The notes beneath the pieces are model-generated. The model was given only the letters and a program-made list of their open reading frames with translations. It was not told the DNA's origin and did not search any database. The position numbers and the translations under genes were made by a program. Below, piece after piece: positions 9,784 to 19,712 of a DNA stretch of 64,000 bases (positions are counted from its first letter, which is position 1; the number at the start of each line of letters is the position of its first letter). This DNA comes from Deltaproteobacteria bacterium (GTDB lineage: Bacteria > Desulfobacterota > DSM-4660 > Desulfatiglandales > HGW-15), in the NCBI GenBank assembly GCA_019310485.1, contig JAFDEF010000011.1, positions 6,919 through 70,918 on the forward strand, given 5' to 3'.

Positions 9784-10980
9784 CTATCCGCAAAAGGCTG
9801 CCACTCGCTTTGCCACAAAATCCACCATCTGCTGCGTAGCTTTGCTAAACTGACCAGCAGTGGCAAGCAAAGCCGGGTGAGAGTTAAACTCTTCAGCGCT
9901 GTAGCCGTCCTCAGCATAACCCTTTTCAAAGTAGGGAATTTTCATCAGCTTGTCCATTACTTCTTGTGGAACAGGCTCATAAATTTGGTTGCTAAACTCT
10001 AAATGCCTGCCTTTGAAAAAAAGCCCTTCCAGATAGGGGGGAGGACATGTGAACACTGCATTGGCACCTGCAGTTTTTTCTACGTGCCAGGATCGGACAA
10101 CCCCGTCTACGGTCGGGCTCATCCTCATCGAGCAAAGAAGCATTTTTCCGGGATACTCGTTGTTTTCATCAACCAGCCGGCACGCCTTCTTGAAGATCGC
10201 TATTTCAGCCCAGCGAACATCGGCTTCGCTCAGCTCTATGTTTCTTTCCTGTGCTTCTTTTTGCAAATCTCCCAAAGTACCGTAGCGGGCGCTCATGGCG
10301 GTAATCACGGAACGCCACTTGCTTAGGTCAACACCTTTGGCCTTTGCCTCCTTAATCCCTTCAGCCACTGCGTTCATGCAGGCTACAAATTGAGGAATTA
10401 TGAAAGCCAGGGTGTTGTTGGTGGGTATGGCCCTTGCAGTCAGTTGTTTGATTACCTCGTAGCCTTCGGCTGTACCCGGGACTTTAATCATGACATTGGG
10501 TGAGAGGGAATGGAGTTCTATGCCCTGGCTCACCATTTTTTCAACGTCATGGCGTATCCTGGGATCTACCTGCCCTGAAATAAAACCATACTTATAATTC
10601 GTTGCTTCAAAAATTGGCAAATACGCCTCTGCTCCTCGCTTCACTATCTCTTTATAAGTATCCCAGAACACGACTTCAGAATCAGTGCAGCGGTCTTTAC
10701 CTATCCGGTCATCAATCCATTTGGACCAATAGTCCGGGTTGTCTTTGATCGCATTGTAGGATAGCGGCGGATTCGTGGTCACGCCTCGGAAGATATTGTC
10801 CTCCGGGTTGTTGTTCTCACTGTACAAACGGTCCAGCCAGGCTGTCATTTCCTCTTTGTCGGAAGCCTGCTCAATCATCTTCTTCCGCCAGTTGTCATAA
10901 ATAAGTGGGGATGAATCCCACCATATCTCAGCTTCAGGATTAACCTCCCATAATCTTTCAATAACACTTTTTGACGCCAT
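9784..10980 (-). CDS. Transaldolase-family protein (atypical)
   Basis: WWDS, GVTTNPPL, SGQVDP, Schiff-base MIKVPGT, NNTL. Confidence 0.85.
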   Translation of the reverse strand: MASKSVIERLWEVNPEAEIWWDSSPLIYDNWRKKMIEQASDKEEMTAWLDRLYSENNNPEDNIFRGVTTNPPLSYNAIKDNPDYWSKWIDDRIGKDRCTDSEVVFWDTYKEIVKRGAEAYLPIFEATNYKYGFISGQVDPRIRHDVEKMVSQGIELHSLSPNVMIKVPGTAEGYEVIKQLTARAIPTNNTLAFIIPQFVACMNAVAEGIKEAKAKGVDLSKWRSVITAMSARYGTLGDLQKEAQERNIELSEADVRWAEIAIFKKACRLVDENNEYPGKMLLCSMRMSPTVDGVVRSWHVEKTAGANAVFTCPPPYLEGLFFKGRHLEFSNQIYEPVPQEVMDKLMKIPYFEKGYAEDGYSAEEFNSHPALLATAGQFSKATQQMVDFVAKRVAAFCG

Positions 10981-11001
10981 TTTTCCCCTCCTGCAACAAA
11001 A

Positions 11002-11364
11002 TTAATCACGAATGTCATCAGAGGCCAGAAGATCAACACCGGTTCCCAGAAAATTAGGAATTATCACATCACCGATCTTGATCGGTGGTTGAACCTTCAC
11101 TTTTGATAGCTCATCCATGGCCCTGAATATTTCCCTTTTAGGTATCCCTGTTCTGGTTCGAACAGGCAGCCTTTTGCTTCGACTCTGTTCAACAACGACT
11201 GTAGAAGTCAAAATTCGTTTTGGCTCGAGGAATTCTTGCTTGAGGTATTCTTTGCCCCTTTTGCAGACTTCGCCTTTTATTATTACATTGCCATCCTCCA
11301 TCCAGACTCTGGCATGGCATCCTTTAGGGCAGGTAATACATATGAGATCTTTGGCTCCCTTCAC
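11002..11364 (-). CDS. DUF1667 small CxxC metal-binding subunit
   Basis: ICITCPKGC...CKRG...PKRILTSTV...LPVRT. Confidence 0.85.
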   Translation of the reverse strand: MKGAKDLICITCPKGCHARVWMEDGNVIIKGEVCKRGKEYLKQEFLEPKRILTSTVVVEQSRSKRLPVRTRTGIPKREIFRAMDELSKVKVQPPIKIGDVIIPNFLGTGVDLLASDDIRD

Positions 11365-11367
11365 AGC

Positions 11368-12621
11368 CTACCTCTCCTCGCAACGGATTTGAAGTTTGCT
11401 CACAGATGGGCCCATTTGCGAGAAAATTTTCTTTGGAATTTTCAAGCGAATCATTTCGCTAGGCCGGGCATAGGAAAATTTTTTCTCAAAGTTTTCCCCC
11501 ACTCTGAGCACCATTTTCCCCATGGGTTTCTTAACTCTTAAATAAAAGATAGTTTCACGGTCCCCGGATATTTTTTGGGGAACAACTTGGCCTACACCTT
11601 CATCTGCCTCGACTTCCATGATTCGTTCACGTCCGAGCGTTTTTCCCTTGATGCGTTCATAAGCTCCAGTGGCGGCAAGTTCTCCTTCATTGGACACATT
11701 GTCAACAAGATCATTTACATGAAGGACGTTTCCGCAGGAAAAAATTCCTTCCACACTTGTTTCCAGACAGTCATTAACATATGGTCCGCCTGTTTTAGGA
11801 TCAATAAGCACGCCTGCCTGCTTGGAAAGTTCATTTTCAGGGATCAGGCCTACTGAAAGCAGCAAGGTGTCACATTCCACATATTGCTCCGTTCTCTTTA
11901 TCGGATTCCAGTCAGTATCGACTTTAACGAGCGTGACCCCTTCCACACGCTTATCTCCGTGAATTTCGGCAACCGTGTGACTCAGTAGAAGGGGTATCTC
12001 ATAGTCGTTCAAGCACTGGACCACGTTCCTGATGAGGCCGCTGGAATAGGGCAAAATCTCGGCGACCGCAACGACCTCAGCCCCCTCCAAGGTAAGGCGC
12101 CTGGCCATTATAAGGCCAATGTCCCCTGAACCAAGTATTACAACTTTTTCCCCAGGCATGTATCCTTCGATGTTTATAAGCCTCTGGGCATGCCCGGCTG
12201 TAAAAATCCCCGCCGGTCTCGTACCGGGTATTCCAAGGGCGCCCCTGGGCCTTTCCCTGCATCCCATCGCAAGGATGATTGATTTACACTCGTATTTGCG
12301 CAAGCCGCTATGTTCACTGACGGAAGTTAGTGTCCTGTCTTTTTCGATTTCCAGAACAGTGGTGTTAAGCTCGATATCAATGCCGGCGGATTCGGCCATT
12401 TTAATATATCGGTTCGCATACTCGGGACCTGTCAACTCTTCTTTGAATTTTTCAAGGCCAAACCCGTTGTGGATGCATTGCCTCAGAATCCCACCGGGCA
12501 GTTCATCCCGCTCAAAGACAACCAGATTCTTAACACCCCTCCTGTCAGCCTCTACGGCAGCAGCGAGACCGGCTGGGCCGGAACCGATAATAGCAATATC
12601 CAGCTTAGATCTTTTCAACAT
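11368..12621 (-). CDS. NAD(P)/FAD-dependent oxidoreductase (thioredoxin-reductase-like partner subunit)
   Basis: GSGPAG, GGILRQCIHNGFG, ELTGPEY, GCRER, GSGDIGLIMARR, GNVLHVNDLVD. Start trimmed to MLKRSK, overlapping the upstream stop. Confidence 0.88.
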   Translation of the reverse strand: MLKRSKLDIAIIGSGPAGLAAAVEADRRGVKNLVVFERDELPGGILRQCIHNGFGLEKFKEELTGPEYANRYIKMAESAGIDIELNTTVLEIEKDRTLTSVSEHSGLRKYECKSIILAMGCRERPRGALGIPGTRPAGIFTAGHAQRLINIEGYMPGEKVVILGSGDIGLIMARRLTLEGAEVVAVAEILPYSSGLIRNVVQCLNDYEIPLLLSHTVAEIHGDKRVEGVTLVKVDTDWNPIKRTEQYVECDTLLLSVGLIPENELSKQAGVLIDPKTGGPYVNDCLETSVEGIFSCGNVLHVNDLVDNVSNEGELAATGAYERIKGKTLGRERIMEVEADEGVGQVVPQKISGDRETIFYLRVKKPMGKMVLRVGENFEKKFSYARPSEMIRLKIPKKIFSQMGPSVSKLQIRCEER

Positions 12622-14114
12622 TCCCCAGCTCCACTTTCTCCACCCTGCTTTGTGTAGCCTACAATATGGTGAGAGCCGGCCCCTTTCTTTGTTACCTTCG
12701 TGGCAGGAATCCCGAGAGTGTTTGCCAGGTATTTTAGAACACTGCTTCCGCAAAAGCTTCCTTGGCAGCGCCCCATACCCGCTCTTGTGAGGTGTTTGAC
12801 CCCGTCCATCGTGTCTACCCCTCTTTTTATTGCATTTATTACTTCAGCCTCTGTCACCTGTTCGCAGCGGCAGACAATATGTCCGTACTTCGGGTTTGAT
12901 GCAATCATTTTTTCCTTCTTGCTCAGGGGGGCGCTTTCAAACCTCGGAAAACTTTCTTTTCTGGTGTGGAAAACTTTCTTTTCCTCGGCTTTCAGTCCTT
13001 GTTCTACCAGCAGCCTGATTACCATATCGGCAATTCCGGGCGCTGCAGTGAGTCCGGGTGCACCGGCAAGCACATGTATAGCACGGGGTGCGTGCTCTGA
13101 AGGAGCAATATAGAAATCCCCGTCCGATGCCTTGTTATTCGTGCAGAGAATGCCTGAAAAACTTGTAATCATGTCTTTTTCCCTGAGCGCTGGAACGAGC
13201 TCCTTTCCAAGCTTAAATGTCTCCTCAATGTTTTCCCTGCTCACACTTGTATCCTTTTTGTTCCTTGGCTTGACGTAATGAACCCCAAGGATCAAGTTCC
13301 CATGAGCAGTCGGTGCAATGTCCTGGCTATGCTTTTCGCTAAAGGTTCCAAATAGCATATGCCGCACAAGAGATGATACCGACTTATCGAAAATGAGCAT
13401 CGTGCCTTTGCGCAATTCCAGGTGAATATCAGCATCCCCGAGCAATGCGGCTATTTCATCAGAGTAAAGGCCTGCAGCGTTGATAACATATCTTGCTCTT
13501 ATTTGCCCTCTGGTGGTCGTCACCTTATAGTAATGATCATCCTCTTTGTCTATGCCGGTTACAGCAGCTCCCAGATACAGGCTCACACCGTTTTGTACAG
13601 CATTTTCCGTAAGTGCAAATGTCCACTCAGGTGTGTAAAGTACACCCGGTTCTTTTGCATAAAGCCCTGCAATTGCCTTTTTCGTCACATAAGGTTCGAG
13701 TTGCCGTATTTTTTCAGGCCCAATTATCTCATAACCCCGGGCACCATTTGACTCTCCCCTCTTCTTTGCCTCCCAGAGGTTTTCTATGTGCTCTTGTTTC
13801 AGGGCCAGCCATATTTCTCCAACTTCCCTGTAGTGCAGGTCAAGTTCGCGGGCAAGCTTTTTAAAACGCTGCGGCGCATTCGCACTCAACTTGCCTTTAA
13901 GGGAGCCGATAGGGCAAAAGTCAGGCAGATGGATCTGAGACAGACTTGCCTTTGATACTCCGAATCCGGGGAAAGCCTCTTTTTCAATGAGAGCAAACTT
14001 TCCCTTGAGCTTTGAAAGCTCACGGGCGATCATGGCTCCAATGATACCGGCCCCTATTATAACCACATCACATTCACCCAGAAATGCAGGGCTTACAGAT
14101 TGGGCCTTTGCCAA
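12615..14114 (-). CDS. GlpA/LhgO-like FAD-dependent oxidoreductase with BFD-like [2Fe-2S] domain, second paralogue
   Basis: GAGIIG, NAAGL, APGLTAAP, CRCEQVT...RAGMGRCQGSFC. Confidence 0.88.
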   Translation of the reverse strand: MAKAQSVSPAFLGECDVVIIGAGIIGAMIARELSKLKGKFALIEKEAFPGFGVSKASLSQIHLPDFCPIGSLKGKLSANAPQRFKKLARELDLHYREVGEIWLALKQEHIENLWEAKKRGESNGARGYEIIGPEKIRQLEPYVTKKAIAGLYAKEPGVLYTPEWTFALTENAVQNGVSLYLGAAVTGIDKEDDHYYKVTTTRGQIRARYVINAAGLYSDEIAALLGDADIHLELRKGTMLIFDKSVSSLVRHMLFGTFSEKHSQDIAPTAHGNLILGVHYVKPRNKKDTSVSRENIEETFKLGKELVPALREKDMITSFSGILCTNNKASDGDFYIAPSEHAPRAIHVLAGAPGLTAAPGIADMVIRLLVEQGLKAEEKKVFHTRKESFPRFESAPLSKKEKMIASNPKYGHIVCRCEQVTEAEVINAIKRGVDTMDGVKHLTRAGMGRCQGSFCGSSVLKYLANTLGIPATKVTKKGAGSHHIVGYTKQGGESGAGEC

Positions 14115-14116
14115 TG

Positions 14117-14482
14117 TTACCCCTCGCCCCGGGCATACTTTATTGCAGGCGCGAACACGTTATAAATAACAAGTTCTTCTTCAACGTTTCGTATCGCATG
14201 CTTTGTATTGGGGGGAACCTGGACCACCGTACCCGGTTCTACAGGAAACTCACCAACCCCATCAATGAACATCGTGGCTTTGCCCTCGAGAACATAGACG
14301 AGATCCGGCTGATCCCTGTGCACGTGGTCGGGTAATGTCACTCCTTTTTCAAGTCTGATCTGCATAACTGCAATGGGCGAGTCATCTTTCTCGCGGGTGT
14401 ATATCCACCTTATGGCACCCCTGTCCGTCATGAAATGCGGCTCCCACTCTACCTCAGATATCTTCTTAAATGGTGCAGTCAT
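14117..14482 (-). CDS. Cupin domain protein
   Basis: PDHVHRDQPDLVYVLEG...PGTVVQVPPNTKH; GGAG RBS. Confidence 0.88.
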   Translation of the reverse strand: MTAPFKKISEVEWEPHFMTDRGAIRWIYTREKDDSPIAVMQIRLEKGVTLPDHVHRDQPDLVYVLEGKATMFIDGVGEFPVEPGTVVQVPPNTKHAIRNVEEELVIYNVFAPAIKYARGEG

Positions 14483-14605
14483 TGTGTTCTCCTTTCAATT
14501 TAACTTTTAGGTTTCAAGGAAAAATCAGCCACACAAGTAATATTTTTTTCAAGTTGGCGGGTTTTCTTGCGGTACAAGTGTCATACTCTGTAAGTGACAC
14601 AAATT

Positions 14606-14669
14606 TGCTCATTTGAGCACTTAATGCACATCTGTGTATCTTGATAAGCACAAAAGGAAGTTTTGTCAA
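14606..14669 (-). promoter_or_regulatory. Sigma70-like promoter with tandem operator, site 2
   Basis: TGCTCATTTGAGCA (14606-14619) and TGCACATCTGTGTA (14625-14638); minus-strand TTGACA at 14664-14669. Confidence 0.72.
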
Positions 14670-14680
14670 GACAAAAACGG

Positions 14681-14707
14681 TGAAACCCGCCAAAGGAGCG
14701 GGTTTCA
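14681..14707 (-). terminator. Intrinsic terminator-like hairpin after the ABC permease
   Basis: TGAAACCCGC-7nt-GCGGGTTTCA, followed on the minus strand by CCGTTTTT. Confidence 0.6.
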
Positions 14708-14782
14708 TTATAGATGTCGAGATGATCTCAGAGGCAATTTCAAAGGGGCAACTTGAAAAACGCAGCCTTCGAAACTCCTCAA

Positions 14783-15661
14783 TTACTCCTCAAAGCCAAA
14801 GGCCCTTCCCCTGACGCCATAAAGCCCTGTGGGTTTAAATAGAATCACAATAAACATGACCATGAACGGCCCGACAAAAGCAAGTGGAGCGTAAATTGTG
14901 CCTCCTACAGAGATAACCTGTCCAAGGATAAGCGCAGAGACAAGAGTACCCTTGATACTTCCCAATCCGCCCAGTATCACTGTGATAAAAGCGAACAGGA
15001 GCATATCAAACCCCATGTAAGGGGTGACTCCAACCAAGGGTGAATTAAGGGCGCCCCCGAACCCGGCCAGTCCGCTTGCTATGACGAAAGTTACAGTGAA
15101 AATGCGGCCGAGGTTTATTCCCAATCCCCTTACCTGGTCAGGGTTTTCAATTCCTGCGCGGATCGCTTTGCCTGCAATTGTTTTGTTAAGCATAAGATTA
15201 ATAAAAACGTACACCAGCATGCCGATCACAAAAACCATCAATCGGTACAAGGGTATCTTGGCACCCAGCATGTGGACTATGGTATGGAAAGGCATGCCGA
15301 CCGGTTTACTTGCAAGTCCGAATACATACTGTACTATTCCAATGCCGATTAGAAATACGCTGAAAGTCACCACCATGGTGAACATGAGTTCTTTTCCGTA
15401 AACCTTTCGGAGTAATTGGGTTTCCACTATAAACCCTGCAACTGCGGCTGCGGCTGTCCCGCAAATTAACCCGAGCACGAAACTTCCGGTTGCTGAGACC
15501 AAGGCAAAGGTGAGGTATGCTCCAAAGGTGTAATAAACCATCTGTTCCATATTAACAATTCGCATAAGGCCAAAGCCGATGGATATGCCGATAGAAACCA
15601 GGAACAAAATACCACTGATACCCAATCCAAAAACTACAGCCGAAATGTAGAGTTCAAGCAT
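14783..15661 (-). CDS. Branched-chain amino acid (HAAT) ABC transporter permease, LivH-like
   Basis: Hydrophobic; GLMRIVN, GKAIRA, VILGGLGSIKG. Confidence 0.88.
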   Translation of the reverse strand: MLELYISAVVFGLGISGILFLVSIGISIGFGLMRIVNMEQMVYYTFGAYLTFALVSATGSFVLGLICGTAAAAVAGFIVETQLLRKVYGKELMFTMVVTFSVFLIGIGIVQYVFGLASKPVGMPFHTIVHMLGAKIPLYRLMVFVIGMLVYVFINLMLNKTIAGKAIRAGIENPDQVRGLGINLGRIFTVTFVIASGLAGFGGALNSPLVGVTPYMGFDMLLFAFITVILGGLGSIKGTLVSALILGQVISVGGTIYAPLAFVGPFMVMFIVILFKPTGLYGVRGRAFGFEE

Positions 15662-15712
15662 TATTCGATTCCCCTCAAATTATTGTCTTGTTTGTGATTC
15701 AGTCCTTGTACT

Positions 15713-16687
15713 TTATGTTGCACTTTGTGCTGAAGCCTTCCCTCTGGATCTAATCTTTGCCCCTATTGTTTGAATGGTTCCCCAGACTCCTCCGCTGAAC
15801 TTGAAGCAGACTATGATGGTCAACACGCCGACTGCAAGCTCCCATCGGGAGACAAAAGTACTGACCAAGTCCTTTAACCCGAGAAAGGCAAAGGTCCCGA
15901 AGAAAGGACCATACACGCTCCCAGCGCCCCCAAGCAGGGTTGCCACGAGGACTTCTGCAGCCCGTGCCGGTTCAGTTATGCTTGGATTCACAAATCCGTA
16001 ATTGATGGCATACATGGAGCCGGCTAAAGCTGCCAGTATGCACATCAGGGTATATCCGGTCCAACGGATTTTGAAAGTATCATATCCAAGAAATTTCATC
16101 TTGTTTTCATTCACTTTAATAGCCCTGAAGGACGCACCCATGGCTGACCTGTCAAGCCATGTATACCATATCATTACTACAAACAGGACGATCATGGCGA
16201 ACCAGAAAAATTGGTCAGGTTTCCTTAAATCCAGCAAAGGAGTGGCATGCATTCTAGACCGGTACCAGAGGCCGTCATCTCCTCTTGTAATGGGGTAAAG
16301 GATCTTTTCCACCAAAAAGAGGCCCATCGCGCATGTAGCGGCATTGATTAGGGCAAAGTAATCTCCGCGGAGTCTGATAAATGCGGGCCCAAGGATCAAG
16401 CCTGCTATAAGCCCCATCAGAAGTGCAAGCGCGATGGCGACCAAAATATTGTTGCCTATGTGGGCAAGATAGATGGCTGACGCATAAGCCCCCACGCCCA
16501 GGTAGAAGGGCTGTCCAAAGGAGACCATACCCATGTAACCGTAAAGGATGTCATTTGCTATGATGTAGATCGAAAAAGTGGTGATCTCCACAAGGAAGGT
16601 CATCTTGTTAGGGAAAAAATACCTTGCAATGACAATGAGAACCACGAGTGTCAAGGGCCCACGTAGATATCTTGAAAGCTTATCCAT
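15713..16687 (-). CDS. HAAT ABC transporter permease, LivM-like
   Basis: GYMGMVSFGQ, RLRGDYFAL, LLGGAGSVYGP. Confidence 0.88.
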   Translation of the reverse strand: MDKLSRYLRGPLTLVVLIVIARYFFPNKMTFLVEITTFSIYIIANDILYGYMGMVSFGQPFYLGVGAYASAIYLAHIGNNILVAIALALLMGLIAGLILGPAFIRLRGDYFALINAATCAMGLFLVEKILYPITRGDDGLWYRSRMHATPLLDLRKPDQFFWFAMIVLFVVMIWYTWLDRSAMGASFRAIKVNENKMKFLGYDTFKIRWTGYTLMCILAALAGSMYAINYGFVNPSITEPARAAEVLVATLLGGAGSVYGPFFGTFAFLGLKDLVSTFVSRWELAVGVLTIIVCFKFSGGVWGTIQTIGAKIRSRGKASAQSAT

Positions 16688-16735
16688 GTTTTTTTAAGTC
16701 CTCCGAGAACTCTGTTTTAGATCTGTCTCCTGTAT

Positions 16736-17437
16736 TTACAGGTATTTCTCAAATGCCAGGTCTTGGATTTCCTTTTTGTCCGCAACTTCTGCGACGATTT
16801 TCCCCTCCTTCATGGCATATACACGGTGCGCGACTTCAGCAGTGAGCGGCAGGTTTTGCTCAATAATCACAAGTGTACTTTGCTCGCTTATTTTCTTAAA
16901 AGCGCCTTTCAGGTCTTCGATTACGTGAGGTGCAAGACCCTCAGTCGGCTCGTCCATCAAGACAAGTTCGGGCTTTCCAAGAAGAGATTGCGCCATAAGT
17001 AGCATCTGTCGCTCGCCACCGCTGAGGTTGCCCCCCTTTCTATCCATGAGGGTCTTCAGCTTGGGAAAATGCTCTAACACCCTGTCCCAGTCGTAGTCCT
17101 TGGTAGCATAGCTGCCCAGCTCCAGGTTTTCCCTCACCGTTAGATCTGCAAACACGTGCTTGTCTTGCTGGATGTATTTAAGACCCTTGAGAGCCACCTC
17201 GTAAGAAGGCAGATGGCCTATATCCTCCCCTTTGAAAAGGATAGTGCCACTGTCTTGCTTTAGAAAACCTGCGACAGTCCGGAAAAGAGTGGTTTTACCC
17301 GCACCGTTTCGTCCCACCACAACCACTACCTCCCCTGTTTGTATCTCAAGAGAAACATCAAAAAGGACATGGAGAGTTTTATAGGACACGCTGAGTTCTT
17401 TTACCTCTAGAATTCTTTCATTGCTTTTTTCAATCAT
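16736..17437 (-). CDS. HAAT ABC transporter ATP-binding protein, LivF-like
   Basis: GRNGAGKTT, LSGGERQML, DEPTEGLAP. Start trimmed to MIEKSN. Confidence 0.9.
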   Translation of the reverse strand: MIEKSNERILEVKELSVSYKTLHVLFDVSLEIQTGEVVVVVGRNGAGKTTLFRTVAGFLKQDSGTILFKGEDIGHLPSYEVALKGLKYIQQDKHVFADLTVRENLELGSYATKDYDWDRVLEHFPKLKTLMDRKGGNLSGGERQMLLMAQSLLGKPELVLMDEPTEGLAPHVIEDLKGAFKKISEQSTLVIIEQNLPLTAEVAHRVYAMKEGKIVAEVADKKEIQDLAFEKYL

Positions 17438-17456
17438 GACATGTTTCCCGTTTTCG

Positions 17457-18218
17457 CTAGGTTTCAAGCTTCCAGTAGCAGCGCCTGACTTCCGGGTCAT
17501 TGAGCGTTGACTCACAGTCCCCGCAGCAAATGATCCTGCCTTCATGCATTACAGCAAGTCTGTCCACAAACTCCTCAAGTTTAGAAACTTTGTGTTCAAT
17601 AAGAAGGATTGTTTTATCGTGAATATACTTTCTGAAAACATCAATCACTTCTTCAATCTCCTGGTCTCCCAGGCCTGAAAAAGGCTCGTCGAAGATTACA
17701 ACTGCTGGATCAGACACAAAAGTCATGGCAAGCTCAAGCCTTTTCTTGCTCCCCAGAGGCAAGTTTCCAACAATCTCATCTTTGAGATGGTCAAGTTCAA
17801 GCATTTCCATGGTTTCTTGAACCCTGGAAGCAATGCCTGGTTGCCTCAGTGAGCTGAAAAACATCTTGAGCGTGAAAGGCTTGTTTTCTTTTTTTCTAAA
17901 ATATGAAAGGGAAAGGTTTTCGTACACTGTCAGGTTGTCAAATACATGAACCAGTTGAAAAGTCCTCAAAATCCCCATCTTGACCCTGTTTGCAGCGCTC
18001 AAATGAGTGATGTCTTTTCCGTCGTGAAAGACATGTCCCTCTTCGGGATTATAAAAGCCGCTAAGGATGTTTATGAAAGTCGTTTTGCCGGCCCCATTCG
18101 GCCCGATGATTCCCAGGGTTTCTTTTTCCTGCAAGTCAAAGTCAACCCTGTCAACGGCGACAAAATCCCCGAACCGCTTTGTGACCCCTTGGGTCATCAG
18201 TACTGGCTTTTTATCCAT
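17457..18218 (-). CDS. HAAT ABC transporter ATP-binding protein, LivG-like
   Basis: GPNGAGKTT, RTFQ, DEPFSGL, IEH. Confidence 0.9.
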   Translation of the reverse strand: MDKKPVLMTQGVTKRFGDFVAVDRVDFDLQEKETLGIIGPNGAGKTTFINILSGFYNPEEGHVFHDGKDITHLSAANRVKMGILRTFQLVHVFDNLTVYENLSLSYFRKKENKPFTLKMFFSSLRQPGIASRVQETMEMLELDHLKDEIVGNLPLGSKKRLELAMTFVSDPAVVIFDEPFSGLGDQEIEEVIDVFRKYIHDKTILLIEHKVSKLEEFVDRLAVMHEGRIICCGDCESTLNDPEVRRCYWKLET

Positions 18219-18272
18219 GTTAAACCCCTGATAAATGGGCTAAGATACATTGTTCTCCATAATTTTTCAAAA

Positions 18273-18313
18273 TGCCATTTCAGGGGCGTCAATCAGGGAC
18301 CCCCGAAATGGCA
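18273..18313. other. Intergenic stem-loop after the binding-protein gene
   Basis: TGCCATTTCAGGGG...CCCCGAAATGGCA inverted repeat. Confidence 0.5.
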
Positions 18314-18331
18314 CTCATAACGGGTTAGTAA

Positions 18332-19573
18332 TCAGTAACCAAGCATTGACAAAGGAGGCAAAGCCTTTTCACCGCCGTAAGCGCCTGTCACAGTAAACAC
18401 GTCGTACTTGTTCTTTCTCTCGCTTGCCTTCTTGCCTTTAACCAGGAAGGCCAGGTACTTGCCTGTCAACTCATGATCGATCCTAAATCTGGCCGGCCCC
18501 TTAACCGTATCAAAAGTTGCTGTGGCAAGGACCTTGCCGATTTTCCTGTAGTCCACACTTCCTGCTTTTTCAACTGCCTGAAGGAGCACGCTTGCAGCAG
18601 TGTAGGCAAGAACAGAGTAAGCATCAGGCGGGAAACCGTATTTTTTGACATGGTCCTCTCTGAGCGCGCGGCCTCTTTCAGCAAGGTCTTTGCTGAAATT
18701 GTCAAGGTCATAGTAATAGTAAATAAGTGCGCTCAACTGGGCTGCAGCAGCAGGAGGAATACCCATGGCGACCTCGTAGGTGGTCCACATATTGAAAAAC
18801 ATGCTCACTTTATGAAGACCCATGTCATAGGCTTGCTTAAAGCAGGCGATTGCATCCCCGCCGAAGTGATTAACGGCAAACACGTCGGCCTTCGCAGCCA
18901 GGGCCTTGTTAATGGCTGGTGAAAAATCAGGCGTCCCTTTCGGGAATTCCTCAACACCAATGACCTTTCCACCGTATTCCTTGCAAGCATCTTTCAAACC
19001 CATGAGCATTGTGGTTCCCCATGAGTCAGGCCTGCCAACCCAGAAAAAGGTCTTTTTGCCCATACCCCTTATGAGTGCATCACCTGCAAGCCAGCCGATA
19101 CTCCACGGGGTAAATGCCACCGAATAAGTGGCTGTGGCCGGGTTGCCTTTCTTAAAGGAGTCAAGAGCCGGTACGCAGCCCGGAATATAAGGGGTCCCTG
19201 TAATTTTGCACTCTTCGTTCAAAGCAGCCGACATAGGGTTATAGATACTTCCGGTCACTCCCTGGCAGCCGGCCTCCACCAGCTCCCTGAAGCGCCGTAC
19301 CCCTACATCAAGTTTCATCTCGTCGTCTTTGACAAGGAGCTTTACGGGTATGTTTCCCCAAGGCATCTTCAAACCGCCCCTTGCATTAACCTGCTCAACC
19401 AGCAATGCGACGCACTTCCTCTGGGTTTCCGCTGCATGAGCCAGCGGCCCACTCAGTCCTGTGATGAACCCAAGTTTAAACACTTTCGGGTGCTTTTCTT
19501 TGGCAAATGCTCCGTTTGCGCAAAACATGAAAATCACGGCAAATACCAACAAGAAAATCCATAACTTTTTCAT
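18332..19573 (-). CDS. ABC transporter substrate-binding protein (LivJ/type I periplasmic binding fold)
   Basis: Signal peptide ending AFA, LSGPLA, TVKGPARFR; next to LivFGMH-like genes. Confidence 0.88.
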   Translation of the reverse strand: MKKLWIFLLVFAVIFMFCANGAFAKEKHPKVFKLGFITGLSGPLAHAAETQRKCVALLVEQVNARGGLKMPWGNIPVKLLVKDDEMKLDVGVRRFRELVEAGCQGVTGSIYNPMSAALNEECKITGTPYIPGCVPALDSFKKGNPATATYSVAFTPWSIGWLAGDALIRGMGKKTFFWVGRPDSWGTTMLMGLKDACKEYGGKVIGVEEFPKGTPDFSPAINKALAAKADVFAVNHFGGDAIACFKQAYDMGLHKVSMFFNMWTTYEVAMGIPPAAAAQLSALIYYYYDLDNFSKDLAERGRALREDHVKKYGFPPDAYSVLAYTAASVLLQAVEKAGSVDYRKIGKVLATATFDTVKGPARFRIDHELTGKYLAFLVKGKKASERKNKYDVFTVTGAYGGEKALPPLSMLGY

Positions 19574-19712
19574 TCTAACTTCCCTCCTTTTTTGTGTGTG
19601 AAGGACTCTAAAAACATGACCTAAACCATACCCCTACACTCTAATGATCACCCCCCTTCTTCCTGACGTTTGATGCTGCGAGTAAAGGAACCAAATCCCA
19701 TCCCGGGCAGCC

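Noticed and set aside
11002-14114. Calling the triad glycerol-3-phosphate dehydrogenase (glpA)
   Set aside because: Architecture matches, but the active-site motif is altered and there is no glpK or glpF in the window
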